Below are positions 1 through 12,912 of a stretch of 64,000 nucleotides of DNA, piece after piece. A program made the position numbers and the translations under genes. The notes below the pieces were generated by a model. That model was not told where the DNA came from. It ran no database searches and saw only the letters and a list, made by a program, of their open reading frames with translations. This DNA comes from Mobula birostris (Eukaryota). Within the stretch, counting starts at the first letter, position 1; each line of letters begins with the position of its first letter. The stretch is taken from contig NC_092379.1 of NCBI RefSeq assembly GCF_030028105.1, forward strand, positions 87,407,006-87,471,005, read 5' to 3'.

Positions 1-244
1 TGGCATACCTACATGAATGAACAAATTTACCAGTGAGGCAAGAGTTCTATTTTCTTGGTTGTGTTCCAACAACGGAATGGGAACTCACTGTAATTTCAGT
101 TAGGCTTTGATAACTGCACTCACAGTATAATGCTTCTGCTTGAAATACAGCTGAGATCGCAATACACAAAAAGTAATCCCATCCAGAGTTGGAAGTAAAT
201 TGAATAAGCTGATTTGAGTGGTGAATGTTGTTGTGTGGAATTGA

Positions 245-560
245 TGTGTTATTTGGCATTGCTGCCTCAAAGCTCCAGAGATCTAGGTTTGAGCCTGACC
301 TCAGGTGCACTCTGTGTGTGATGACCACTTGGATATGTTCTGTGTGTTCTGATTTATTCCCACATGCCAAAAATATATTCACTAGTAGTTAAATTCCCAA
401 TTATAAATTGTCCACACTGTAGCATGTGACTGAATGAGGATGAGTTTTTCAGAATGCAAGAGGGAAAAAAGATGAATTAAGGTGAATGCTTGATGATGGC
501 ACAAATGGGAAGGACTGAAGAGTCCATATTTCCATGTGGTGTGACTCCATAACTCTAATG
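245..560 (+). mobile_element. Degenerate V-SINE (HE1-like) with CR1-type tail
   Basis: tRNA-like head (gctgcctcaaagctccagagatctaggtttgagcctgacctcagg), V-domain-like core (tctgatttattcccacatgccaaaaa), CR1-like tail (ctgaagagtcc..tttccatgtggtgtgactccataactct). Confidence 0.6.
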
Positions 561-1938
561 CATCTATCCTACTCTAACAGTCATGTTAAAGTTGCTTGTT
601 CCATCACATTGCATTTCCTGATCTATCATCCAATTGATGACGCATGCATGTAGAGGATACTTGCATATTATAGGAGATGGGGATAACAAGTCTTCCTCAT
701 AATTTGGAATCAGAAAAACTGAGAAATCTTGGTTATGATCTGAGTCAATATCACAACGTATGTTACAAGCTGAGTCAATATCACAATATCAGTATCAAAA
801 AGTATTATTCCAAACGGGACCAGATGATATATGCAGTTCATTTGTTGATCATTTGGTCAGTTCTGTATGATCTGTGTACGAGGAGAAAATTTGAAGAGCT
901 GAGTAGCCTTCAACATTTCCACTTATTTGTGGTGACATCTTCAGAAAACATTTTTCATTATTCATGAGGAATATCAGAAGCATGAACAGATGGTACAGTG
1001 GGAAAGAAAAATGACAGTGTTGTTATTGGAACTAGTCCACAATCCACACATTACTTTAGTTTCTGATTAATTAAAGTTATATTTATGATTTTAAACCCAT
1101 TTCTGATTAAATTTACTTGCATAATTTGATCATCAGAGAAACACATCAAAAATCCTAGAATATTACATCTACTCTGGTTGTAGTATCGTTTAGAAACAAC
1201 ATATAGCTATTGTGATCAGTTCACTATCCTTGTAGAAAATAAGTTCATTCTTTTGGTCTTTCATTTATGTATATTCAACATTTTGTGCCAGATTCTGTGA
1301 ACCAGATTTCTTACATTTTCTGAAACAAAATGGATTTCTTCCATTTTTGTGAAGGAGAACTTTATTGTTTATCCTGTCATATTTTAACAGGTTAGCTGTC
1401 TGTTGATGAAAGAGAAACAAGGAATTTGGTGCCAAAGAAATCTTCAGATTAAAATGGAAATGGATCGTCAATTTAAATGAGCTTGTTTGTAAAAAGAATG
1501 TAGGAAATGATTGCTATCAGAGAACAAAAATTATGTTTTGGTGTTTAAAGTGACAACAGAATTAAGCAGAGTAACATGTTAAACACAATAATGAAATCAT
1601 TTCTCACTAACTTAACAGAAGGAACAGAACAAGTAATAAAAGTTGACTTTTAATTTGGAAAAAAAATGCATTACGTGGTGTCTTAGATATTTTATTTAAA
1701 ATATAGATACTGTTAAAATGTATAGACGCTGGAGTCACTTTGTGTGGTCTAAGAGTACAGAAAATAAGTGTGAATTCTGGAAATAATACTGATTTGATCA
1801 ATAGAAGAACAGCTCTTGTTTGAATAAGATCATAAGATCTCTCAGGGTAAAGGACTATTGGGGTGTAACTTAATATTTTATCTAAAAGATGGTGATTGTA
1901 ATATTACAATAGTTCCTCAGACCTGCATTGACTACTAG

Positions 1939-3331
1939 TGTCATAAGATGGGTGTTGATGGTGGACCCAAATGCAAGACACAGACACTGAAGTACAAGGA
2001 ACAGGACTAGGTGTGTCAAGAAAGCAAGGGAAGTGGGGAAGAAATGACATTAGACATTGACACAGGCCCTGGACGAGACTAGGATACAGGGCCTAGGCTA
2101 GGACTTGACGAAGAAAGAGGAACTAGGAACTAGGAGCCTGGGCTAGGACCCCAAGCCAGAGACTGGACAAGGACCCATAACCTGGGTTTTGACTTGGGCT
2201 TGGGACTTGGAACTAGGCAAGGACAAGACATGGCTACAGGACGAGGAGTGGCAACAAGACTGGACGTGAGGCTCCTGGACAGGGCGAAGGAACCCCAGCA
2301 CCAGGCTGGGCGAGGTACTCCTGGGCTTGGCGAGGCACATGGACAAGATGAGAACAGGAACGCAGAGCCTTGGTCGAGGGAGAACACTTTATACTTTGCT
2401 TTATACTTCATTGTCGCCAGACCATTGATACTAGAACGCACAATCATCACAGCGATATTTGATTCTGCGCTTCCTGCTCCCTGGAGTACAAATTGATAGT
2501 AAATATTAAAAATATAAATTATAAATCATAAATAGAAAATAGAAAATGGAAAGTAAGGGAGTGAAAAAAAACCAAGAGGCAGGTCTGGATATTTGAACTG
2601 TATGGCTCAGATCCGGGTCATGGATCCGTTCAGCAGTCTTATCACAATTGGAAAGAAGTTGTTCCTAAATCTGGCCATACAAGTCTTCAAGCTCCTGAGC
2701 CTTCACGAGTGCAGAGCCTTGGTCGAGGGAGAAACACAAACGCAGAGCCGTGGTCGAGGGAGAGACACGAACGCAGAACACAGAGCTGGGACCCCTCTTT
2801 GGGAACAGGACATAGGGCCGGGACTCATACACAGAACACAGAGAGACAGTTCCAACACAAGGTAGCGGCAAACAGCCAGACCTACCTAGAGAAGGCGTGG
2901 ACACAGAGACGGTTCCCAACACAAGGTAACGGCAAATGGTCAGACCTACCTAGGGAAGGCGTGGAGACAGAGACAATTCCAATCAATGATAGACAGTAAC
3001 TTATCTAGACACAGCAAGGCTCTGGTCTTGCTCTGGCGGTAGAACTTGACAGCGATACAGGCAAGGGCACAGGCGAGGTTGCAGGCAAGTCTTCAGCCCA
3101 AGACTTCAGGCAGAGGTTGCAGGCGAGGCTTCAGGAGGAAGGTGAAGGGAAGGGAACAGTCCAGCAAATTAAGCTGAACCCAGGAGCTATTTATGTAGCC
3201 AGCCCAAAATTAGAATCATATGCCTCAATTACGGCACACAACAGGACAAGGGAAAACCAGAAAACCTGGAATACGGATCAGTACACTGGACTGTGAACCG
3301 GAATGCAGACTTCATGGACTGGACCATGACA
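1939..3331 (-). mobile_element. Solo LTR (Gypsy/sushi-like)
   Basis: TGTCAT...ATGACA inverted ends. 5-bp TSD ACTAG (1934-1938) / ACTGG (3332-3336). TATA-like cataaatag on the minus strand near 3190. Internal short tandem repeats, including a ~30-bp cgcagagccttggtcgagggaga unit. Confidence 0.8.
2387..2704 (-). mobile_element. Rex1/Babar LINE 3' fragment inserted in the solo LTR
   Basis: Matches the copies at 22376-22755 and 50470-50780 (RFGNSFFPTVIRLLNGS-type C-terminus, AATAAA plus (AAAGT)n-like tail). Interrupts an LTR tandem unit. Confidence 0.85.
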
Positions 3332-4777
3332 ACTGGACAAAATTTTTGGTTCATATGTGCTAGGAATCGCTTGTAGTTCCTGACCAACCTGCTTATGTTT
3401 CTCCATGTGAGTGCCTCAGCTTTCCTCAGATTTAGGATCCACATGCAAGCATTGACATCCTAAACTTCCATGCTCTTTTGGGGCTTTGAGGTTTATTCTG
3501 GCACTGAGCTCTTCTCAATTCAAGAGGCAAGGAACATTACACAGCAGTAAGTTGGGTAATCTGCCATCTAACCTGCACCAGGTCAGAGTTGCATGAAGAA
3601 ATCTATTGAATTCAGTGAACCAGCCAATATTTAAAGAGGAAAATAAAAAGACAATATTGTCCCTGCATGTAGACAGTCTAGATATAGATTTTAATCAAAT
3701 AACCAACCATTTTGGACCAAAAAATGTGGTTTTATAATTGATAACAACTAAATTGTTGAAATGTCCATTAGATCACTTATGTCCAATGGGAATTAAATTC
3801 TGACACCGTTAGCTAATTTGCCTTTATTGTTTCACACTTAATGAAGTATCTTGCTTTTAATTGCCTCCTCTATTTCCTGTAAATTAGGGATAAGTAATGA
3901 TACTTGTCCGCATCCCAAGGAGGAATAAAGGAAGAAAAGTAATTGTATCATTCAGTCCACATTCAAATAGTTAAAATCTTCACTTATTTATAAAAGAAAG
4001 CAATTGTATGATAAAGACATTAATCAAACACAGGCATAACAAATTGCTAATCACATACCCAAATACAATTGAGCTACTAATTTAATCTTTGACCTCATAC
4101 TAATGATTAAGTTGCTTGACATGATTGCTTGTGATGTGTGCATGAATTCTGTACAATCTAATGAAACAGTTTTATGATATGCTGCACTTGATGGCCAATT
4201 AAATAATGCCATTTTGATCTGCAATGGAAATAATCATGCAGCTATTCCTCTTCTAAAAAAATTCTGGTTTCTTTCTGCTAGAAATAACACATGTTTGTAT
4301 CCTGAGAAAGCAGATTAGATTTGATTGTGATAACTTTTGAGGTAAATAAGCTTTCAATGTTCTTTTAGCTTTTGAGGTTGTAAATAATATCCTAAATGAA
4401 ATATATGGTGTAGCATATCTGATTTGTAAACAATGAATGAATGTCTGTCAAGTCAATGACTACTTAACTCTTTTTAATCTTGTAGCATGTGAGATCTGTA
4501 AAGTAAACACTGAGGGTGTCTGTCTGGATTCAGACTTACTGCTTAGATTTTAACATTCTTTGTGTTGGGACACGGGGAGATTTAGGAATGTGAAAGCAAA
4601 GGATGATCATTAAAATATCTAGCTGATCTACGAGGACTGTGTTAATGGACACGGGATGTACAACGTTTGTATTTGGAAAAATAAAGAAGCAAGCCATGTT
4701 AATAGCATGAGAACAAAAGAACAATGAGTTTGTCTGCCTTGTGGTTACTCTGCACTTTTGAAGCTTGTAGATACATG

Positions 4778-5735
4778 GTTCAATTTCAAAGGTTCAGTGG
4801 TTCTATTTAATATCACGGAATGTATATGGTATACAGCCTGAAATTCTTCTTCGCAGACAGCCACAAAACAGGAAAAAAAATCAGAGAGTGAAAGACAGAA
4901 ACATTAGANNNNNNNNNNNNNNNNNNNNNNNNNNNNNNNNNNNNNNNNNNNNNNNNNNNNNNNNNNNNNNNNNNNNNNNNNNNNNNNNNNNNNNNNNNNN
5001 NNNNNNNNNNNNNNNNNNNNNNNNNNNNNNNNNNNNNNNNNNNNNNNNNNNNNNNTCTCCCTCGCCCCGTCTCCCTCTCCCTCCCCTCCCCCTCTCCCTC
5101 TCCCTCTCCCACGAACAAGCAGCACCACCCCAGCATGCAAGCAATAGCAAAGCCCACCAAGAGAACATGGTCTAGAGCTCATCAAAAAACTACTGTCCAT
5201 TCAAATACTTTGATATCTCAAACAGGCTTTCTCTCACCAGTGGGGGAGAGACACGTTGCTCCTACAACAAGCGAGAGTGGAAGACCAGCAGTTCGCTGTT
5301 TCGATTATAGAATCTGCCCTGTTGCTTGTCTGAGTCCCCTGATTCAAGGACCGACAAGCTCTCACTCATCATCAAGAGAGAGAAAGGGGGCTGCTTGAGT
5401 GCAGGGGCCATCTTCCAACAGCAGCGCACACCGCCTGCCATCTCAATGTTTCTTTCAGTCTCCTGCAATGCTTCATTTGGTGACATTGACAAGGAATCGG
5501 GTTGTCCACACCCTGCAGCTGTACATCTTCCAGGCCACACCTGGAGATAACGAAATGCCAGGCTTCACGGTGGACACGAGAATGAGGACCCACTACGTCT
5601 GGAGATCCATAGCTTGAGCTGCAGCTGTAGATTACAGACTCCGACAGGACTCCCACCTTAAAAAGAAAAGAGAGATGTGAGAAAAAAAGAAAAAGAAGCT
5701 GCTTCACAGACAAACTGGAAGAAGTCACCTAGTCT
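4778..5735 (-). mobile_element. Non-coding retroposon-like element with (TGAACC)-type tail
   Basis: On the minus strand it ends in gatattaaatagaaccactgaacctttgaaattgaacc. GC-richer non-coding body with an internal (CTCCCT)n tract. Confidence 0.5.
4909..5055. other. Assembly gap (147 N)
   Basis: Run of N next to a (CTCCCT)n microsatellite at 5056-5110. Confidence 1.
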
Positions 5736-6340
5736 GCAAAAACCTCTGGCTCACTCTTTTCTTGCTCCTCCTGTTTTTTTTCAATTTTGTTTAGAATTTC
5801 ACCAGGGACTGGGCTCATGATCAGTACCTGGGGCCTAGGGGTGGTTTCATGAGTCTGAAATCAGAGCACCTGTGATAGTAACTTGCTATGCAGCATTTAG
5901 TGTGGTTTAATCATTTTTTTTACTACTTCTTGATAATAAATTTAGCTGAAGTTACTTTGTTGTACTTGTATACTTATTACCACATCTCCTGGACACTCAA
6001 ATAATTGGGTCTGATCAACCCAGCCCATTATATATGGATAGATTACACCCCAGCAAGATTCACTGTTCATTAAAAATATTGAAAATTGGAAGAAAAACAC
6101 ATTTGTATCATGATTTTAAGATTATGTACATATTCTGGCTTTATTAATTTTGTGCTCTGGTCAGTTATAAATTGAAAAGCCAATCACAGAATCAGAATCA
6201 GATTTAATATTTATGGCATATGTCATGAAATTTATTACATTGTGACATCAGCACTTTGCAATACATAATATTAAAAAGGATAAAATTACATTAATAACTA
6301 TATTAAAAGGAAAATTATATTAAATAAGTAGAGCAAAACG

Positions 6341-8315
6341 AGATTAGATTAGATTATGAGGACACACAATCCTCTTTTATCGTCATTTAGTAATGCACGC
6401 ATTAAGACAGGATACAATATTCCTCCGGTGTAATATCACAAACCACAAGACAGACCAAGACTGAAAAACTAACAAAAACCACAGAATTATAACATATAGT
6501 TACAAAAGTGCAACAATACCATAACTTGATGAAGAACAGGCCATGGCACAGTAAAAAAGTTCAGAGTCTCTCGAATGTCCCACATCTCACGCAAACGGGA
6601 GAAGGAAGAAAACTCTCCCTGCCATGCCCAACCACAGTCCGACTCTGAGTCACCCGAAAACTTTGAGCCTCCGATCAGCCCTCCGACACCGAGCACCATC
6701 TCTATCTGAACGATTCGACCGCAGCCTTGGTCGCCAACAGCAAGCAAAGCTGGGGATTTTGGGGCCTTCCCTCCGGAAGATTCTCGATCGCCCAGAAACA
6801 GCAGCAGCGAACCGGCGTTTCAGAAATTTCTCCAGATGTTCCTCTGTGCTGTGGAAGACGTCCTGCCTCGTCCCTGTGCCGAAGACGCTGCGCCCCAGTG
6901 GCCTCAATGACTACAGGCCGGTGGCATTGATCTCCCACATCATGAAGACCCTGGAGAGACTTGTACTGGAGCTGCTCCGGCCTATGGCCAGGCCAAACTT
7001 AGATCCCCTCCAGTTCGCCTACCAGCCCCGACTAGGAGTTGAAGATGCCATCGTCTACCTGCTGAACCGTGTCTACGCCCACCTGGACAAGCCAGCGAGC
7101 TCTGTGAGGGTCATGTTTTTTGACTTCTCCAGTGTGTTCAATACCATCTGCCCTGCTCCGCTGGGGGAGAAGCTGACAGCGATGCAGGTGGATGCTTTCC
7201 TGGTGTCATGGATTCTTGATTACCTGACTGGCAGACCACAGTATGTGTGCTTGCAACAGTGTGTGTCTGACAGAGTGATCAGCAGCACTGGGGCTCCACA
7301 GAGGACTGTCTTGTCTCCCCTTCTCTTCACCATTTACACCTCGGACTTCAACTACTGCACAGAGTCTTGTCATCTTCAGAAGTTTTCTGGTGACTCTGCC
7401 ATAGTTGGATGCATCAGCAAGGGAGATGAGGCTGAGTACAGGGCTACGGTAGGAAACTTTGTCACATGGTGCGAGCAGAATTATCTGCAGATTAATGTGA
7501 AAAAGGCTAAGGAGCTGGTGGTAGACCTGAGGAGAGCTAAGGTACCAGTGACCCCTGTTTCCATCCAGGGGGTCAGGGTGGACATGGTGGAGGATTACTA
7601 ATACCTGGGGATACGAATTGACAATAAACTGGACTGGTCAAAGAACACTGAGGCTGTCTACAAGAAGGGTCAGAGCCGTCTCTATTTCCTGAAGAGACTG
7701 AGGTCCTTTAACATCTGCCAGACAACGCTGAAGATGTTCTACGAGTTTGTGGTGGCCAGTGCTATCATGTTTGCTGTTGTGTGCTGGGGCAGCAGGCTGA
7801 GGGTAGCAGACACCAACAGAATCAACAAACTCATTCGTAAGGCCAGTGATGTTGTGGGGATGGAACTGGACTCTCTGACGGTGGTGTCTGAAAAGAGGAT
7901 GCTGTCCAAGTTGCATGCCATCTTGGTCAATGTCTCCCATCCACTACATAATGTACTGGGTGGGCACAGGAGTACATTCAGCCAAAGAGTCATTCCACCG
8001 AGATGCAGCACAGAGCGTCATAGGAAGTCATTCCTGCCTGTGGCCAACAAACTTTACCACTCCTCCCTTGGAGGGTCAGACACCTTGAGCCAATAGGTTG
8101 GTCCTGGACTTATTTCCTGGCATAATTTACATATTACTATTTAACTATTTATGGTTTTATTACTATTTATTATTTATGGAGCAACTGTAACGAAAATCCA
8201 ATTTCCCCCGGGATCAATAAAGTATGACTATGACTATGACTTTCATGTTTGTCTCCATCAAATTAGAACTGTCCATGGCCCCTATTTAACGGATATGATA
8301 TCATTTCACCGTAGA
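6341..8315 (-). mobile_element. Non-autonomous retroposon with (TCTAA)n tail (6341-6850 and 8241-8315)
   Basis: agattagattagatt tail and non-coding body. The body reads through as ctctgtgct|ttcatg once the Rex1(+) insert is removed. Confidence 0.65.
6849..8241 (+). mobile_element. Young 5'-truncated Rex1/Babar LINE (RT pseudogene)
   Basis: [51 protein letters not shown] (catalytic DD altered). Frameshift near 7598. Ends gggatcaataaagt plus (ATGACT)n. Confidence 0.95.
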
Positions 8316-9117
8316 GGGGGAAAATAAAATTCTAAGGCAGTGCTCATGGGTTCATTGTCCATTCAGAAACCTGACGGTAAAGGGGAAAAAGCTGTTCTTG
8401 AAATGTGGAGTGTGTATCTTCAGGCTTCTGTATCTCCTCCTTGATGTTTGCAATGAGAAGTGAACACCTCCTGGGTGATAAGCTTCTTTTATGATATGTG
8501 CCGTCTTTTTGAGGCATTGCTTTTTGAAGGTGCTGTTGATGCTTGGGAGGCTGGTGCCCATGATGAAGTTGGTTGGTTTACAGTTTTTTAAAGCTTTGTC
8601 TGATCCTGTGCAGTGTCCTCTCCACACAAAATGGTGATGCAACCAGTTAAAATGTTCTCCATGGTACACCTGCAGAAAGTAATGTTTAAGTTTCATTGTT
8701 TAAAGGAAAAATTAGTAAAGACAAAGCAATCCAAGTAATGTTAGCTGACTGGCTAAACTAATACAAGGGAAGATTTCATATGATTGCTTCCTATTATACT
8801 TATAAACATATTTAGTACTTGAAAATACAAATTCAAATGACAATAAGCTTAATGAAGAGCTTCTTTGAAATACCAGCAACGTTAGCATTTCAAATCAATC
8901 TGCTGCTAAAAAATGATGTGGTGTTTACACACCCTTCAGGCCAACTCTTTCTCCTGTAAGTAATCATTTTATCAATTCCCATCATAACTTAATTTGCTAA
9001 ATTAAACATTTTCTAATAAAGATATTTAAAGTTGTATTTGTTGACCGTCTTCATATATCTATAATTTAAGTAATAAATTTCAAACAGCAAATAAAATGAT
9101 ATGTGATTTTCCTTCAG

Positions 9118-9235
9118 GTCATCTGGTGAAGGGTCTTTGACCTGTTTCTCTTTGCACAGATACAATCTGACTTGCTGAGTACTTCCAGCATTCCTTGTTT
9201 TTATTTCTGATTGCCAGCATTTGTATTTCTTTTAT
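9118..9235 (+). repeat. Degenerate Penelope terminal repeat
   Basis: ctggtgaagggtctttgacctg...tgacttgctgagtacttccagcatt, same family as 53335-53475. Confidence 0.6.
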
Positions 9236-9599
9236 TTTCAAATATTATTTTAATGCCATCTCAGAAACATTTGATATTTCTGGTTTATCCTCCATTTTAT
9301 ATTTCCTAAAATTATTTCATATAATTTTCTCATAGAATATTATTATATAGAGAAGCAGGATATGAATTTATAAAAAGCATGGATTTCATGAAATTTCATG
9401 AGGTATCTGATTGATTAACAACATAACTATCAGAAGGCTTGTAAATGATCCTGTAAAATGTTATTCCCTCATAAAATGTATATTCTAAAATAAAAAAAAG
9501 TAATCTCACCAAAGACAAATTGAAGACAATAATCTTTGAAGACAAATTGGAGAAAAACAGGGTTAATATTTCAGAATCAGGTTTATTATCACCGTCTTA

Positions 9600-10181
9600 C
9601 AGTCTAGATAAGATCTTGGTCAGACCCCACTTGGAGTACTGTGTTCACTTCTGGTCACCTCACTACAGGAAGGATATGGATATTACAGGCAGAGTGCAGA
9701 GGAGATTTACAAGGATTTTACAAGGAGGGCGTACCTTATGAGAATAGGTTGAGTGTACTTGGCCTTTTATCCTTGGAGCGACAGAGGATGAGAGGTGACC
9801 TGATAGAGGTGTATAAGATGATGAGGAGCATTGATCGTGTGGATAGACAGAGACTTTTTCCCAGAGCTGGAATGGCTAACATGAAGGGGCATAGTTTTAA
9901 GATGCTTGGAAAAAGGTACCAAGGGGATGTCAGGGGTAAGTTTTTCACACAGAGAGTGACGGGTGTGTGGAATGCACTGCCGGCGACAGTGGTGGAAGCA
10001 GATATAATAGGATCTTTTAAGAGCCCCTTAGATAGGTACGAGGAGCTTTGAAAAATAGAGGGCTAAGCGCTAGGGAAATTCTCGGCAGTCTCTAGTGTAG
10101 GTTACATGGACGGCACAATGTTGTGAGCTGAAGAGCCTGTAATGTGCTGTAAATTTCTATGTTCTATGTTTTATGTTCTTA
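9600..10181 (+). mobile_element. CR1 LINE 3' fragment
   Basis: LVRPHLEYCVHFWSPHYRKD, MRGDLIEVYK, FFTQRV..WNALP, (TTCTATG)n tail. TSD TCTTA at 9595-9599 / 10177-10181. Confidence 0.95.
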
Positions 10182-10287
10182 TATGATGTGAATTTTTTGT
10201 TTTCCAGCAGCAGTGCAGTGAAAGGCAAAAAAATTATTATAAATTACAAAATAAATTGCTCTTTTGCACTAAGATGAAGTGTTCATA

Positions 10288-10984
10288 GTCATAGTCATAG
10301 TCATAGTCATACTTTATTGATCCCGGGGGAAAATGGTTTTCGTTACAGTTACACCATAAATAATAAATAGTAATAGAACCATAAATAGTTCAATAGTAAT
10401 ATGTAAATTATGCCAGTAAATTATGAAATAAGTCCAGGACCTGCCTATCGGCTCAGGATGTCTGACCCTCCAAGGGAGGAGTTGTAAAGTTTGACGGCCA
10501 CAGGCAGGAATGACTTCCTATGATGCTCTGTGCTGCATCTCGGTGGAATGAGTCTCTGGCTGAATGCACTCCTGTGCCCACCCAATACATTATGTAGTGG
10601 ATGGGAGACATTGACCAAGATGGCATGCAACTTAGACAGCATCCTCTTTTCAGACACCACCGTGAGAGAGTCCAGTTCCATTCCCACAACATCACTGGCC
10701 TTACGAATGAGTTTGTTGATTCTGTTGGTGTCTGCTACCCTCAGCCTGCTGCCCCAGCACACAACAGCAAACATGATAGCACTGGCCACCACAGACTCGT
10801 AGAACATCCTCAACATCGTCTGGCAGATGTTGAAGGACCTCAGTCTCCTCAGGAAATAGAGACGGCTCTGACCCTTCTTGTAGACAGCCTCAGTGTTCTT
10901 AGACCAGTCCAGTTTACTGTCAATTCGTATCCCCAGGTATTTGTAATCCTCCACCATGTCCACACTGACCCCCTGGATGGAAAC
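10288..10984 (-). mobile_element. Young Rex1/Babar LINE 3' fragment
   Basis: ORF 10445-10963 is nearly identical to 7580-8096. (ATGACT)n tail. TSD TCATA at 10283-10287 / 10985-10989. Confidence 0.95.
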
Positions 10985-12674
10985 TCATATTCATTGGTTC
11001 ATGATCTATTCAGAAATTTGACAATGGAGTATATCTAAGTTTGGGCCTTCAGACTCTTTCCTGTACCCCTTCCCTGACAGTAGAGACAAAAATAGGGATG
11101 TGTCCCAGATGGTGAGGTTTCTTCATCATAAATGGCAACATCTTGGGCACTTCCTCTTGAAGACTTTCTTGACAGTGGGGAGGGTTGCGCCCTTGATGGA
11201 GTTGGCTGGGTCTACAGATCTGTTTCGGCAGCAGGCGAATTGTAGCAGGTCCTGCTCTTTGCTCAGGTAGAATTTAACTCTCACCGTAGCCAACAGCTCA
11301 AAGCTCCTTATTATGGTAGATATTAGTGCTACCTGTCAATAGTCATTGAGACAGCTCATCCTGCTTTTCTTGGGTACAGGTATGATTGCAGCCATTTCAA
11401 AACAGTTGGGAACCCCAGCCCACAGTAGTGAGAGGTTGAAGAAGTCTTTGAACACTACAGTCAGTGGTTCGACTCTGGTTTTCCTTGTCAGGAATACCAT
11501 TGGGGCCTAGCTTCTTAGAAAGGTTCATCCTCTTGAAGGATGTTCCGACATCAGCCTCTGAGAGTGAGAACATATGAACACCCGATACTGTGGGAATCTG
11601 TGCAAATATAGCGTTATTCTGATTTTCAAAGCATGTATATGAGCTCATCAGGGAGCAAAACCTTACCGTACTTTATATCGTTAGGTTTTACCTTATAGGA
11701 AGCAATGACATGCAATTCCTGCTATTGCTGTCAGCCATTCAATTGTCTCCTTAATTTCACACAGAATTACCTTTTTGCTCTCACAATGATCTTCTGTAGC
11801 TCACACCTAGACTTCTTGTAGGATTATGAATTGCACGACATGAAAACCACAGATCTAGCCATCAGCAGACTACAAACATCCTGGTACATCCGAGGCTTCT
11901 GGTCCTCTAAATGCTTCTCTGTCTCCCTTGACAATAATTTCACAGTACTCACCACTGGTGCTGTGGTCCTCAGTCTCCTCTGTGTGCTGGGAGTAGAATT
12001 ATAGCCAGGTACTTCCCAAAGTGCAGGTTCAGAGTGGGATGGTAAGCATTTTTGTTGTTGGTGTAACAATGATTTATTGTGTTGACACTTCTGGTTCTGC
12101 AGGTGACATATTGGTGGTAGTTTGTCAGATATTTCTTCAAGCTGGTCTGGCTGAAGACCTCTCCAATCATCAGGAAAGCATCAGAGTGTGCTGTCTACTG
12201 AATGTTGATCACGGTGCTCAGCTCCTCCAGTACCGGCTATTGGTTTGCCAGCAGTGGAATATACACCACTACCAGAGTGATGGTAGAGAGCTCCTTCGGC
12301 AGGTAGAACAGATGGCATGTGACCACCAAATGTTCCAGGTAGGGGAAACAGGACTTGGACAGAGTCATCACATCTATGCACTGCAATGAGTTAATTATGA
12401 AGCAAACACAGTTGACTCTGTTTTTACCTAATGCTGCTGTCTGGACCATGCAGTGAGTGGTGTAGCTCTTGAGCTGGACCACTATAGCCGGAGTGTGGAG
12501 GTTGAGCCATGTCTCTGTGAAGCAGGGTACCTGACAGTCCATGATGTCCCTCTGGAGTCTTGCTCTGAGATCTTCAATTTTAATATCCAGAGGCTGCATA
12601 TGAGCCAGGTGGATGGTGGATAATTTGAGAAAAGGTGTTTGTTAATATTTGCAGGATTGTCTGTTTATAGCTAC

Positions 12675-12912
12675 CATCAGGTAGTAATTCAGGATTACAG
12701 TGCCAGCAACCCAGATTCAACTCTGCCACGGTCTGCGAGGAATTTGTACCTTCTCACCATGACCACATGCGTTTCCATCAGGTGCTCTTGCTTCCTCCCA
12801 CATTCCAGAAATATATGGGTTAGTAGGTTAACTGGCCACATGGGTATAATTGGGTAGCATAGGGTCATTGGGCTGGAAGGCCTGTTAATGTCCTTTTTCC
12901 CTGAAATAAATC
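12675..12912 (+). mobile_element. V-SINE
   Basis: ttacagtgccagcaacccagattcaact head, V-domain gcttcctcccacattccagaaa, tail gggctggaaggcctgtt. Confidence 0.75.

Larger units (their letters stand above)
1830..3420 (-). mobile_element. Ancient Deu-SINE (SacSINE1/AmnSINE1-like) remnant split by the solo LTR
   Basis: The flanks 1860-1938 and 3332-3400 join into a sequence resembling the Deu domain (ttaatattttatctaaaagatggtg...gttcctcagacctgcattgac...). Highly diverged. Confidence 0.4.
6186..8675 (-). mobile_element. Old Rex1/Babar LINE 3' part (6186-6340 and 8316-8675), host of two nested insertions
   Basis: cagaatcagaatcag tail. ORF 8352-8696 reads RRRYRSLKIHTPHFKNSFFPFTVRFLNG, the Rex1 C-terminus. 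Confidence 0.8.
9571..12620 (-). mobile_element. Old internally deleted Rex1/Babar LINE (APE and RT remnants) with two nested insertions
   Basis: APE N-terminus KIEDLRARL..CFTETWL (ORF 12237-12599), YHQYVTCRTR..HCYT, GPNGIP. Tail cagaatcaggtttattatc at 9571. Confidence 0.85.

Noticed and set aside
2030-3000. Spaced repeats resembling a CRISPR array
   Set aside because: These are internal tandem repeats of a vertebrate LTR, with no unique spacers and no cas genes.
4813-5200. ORFs spanning the N run
   Set aside because: Artefacts of the assembly gap.
12675-12760. tRNA gene
   Set aside because: It is the decayed tRNA-derived head of a V-SINE and forms no intact cloverleaf.
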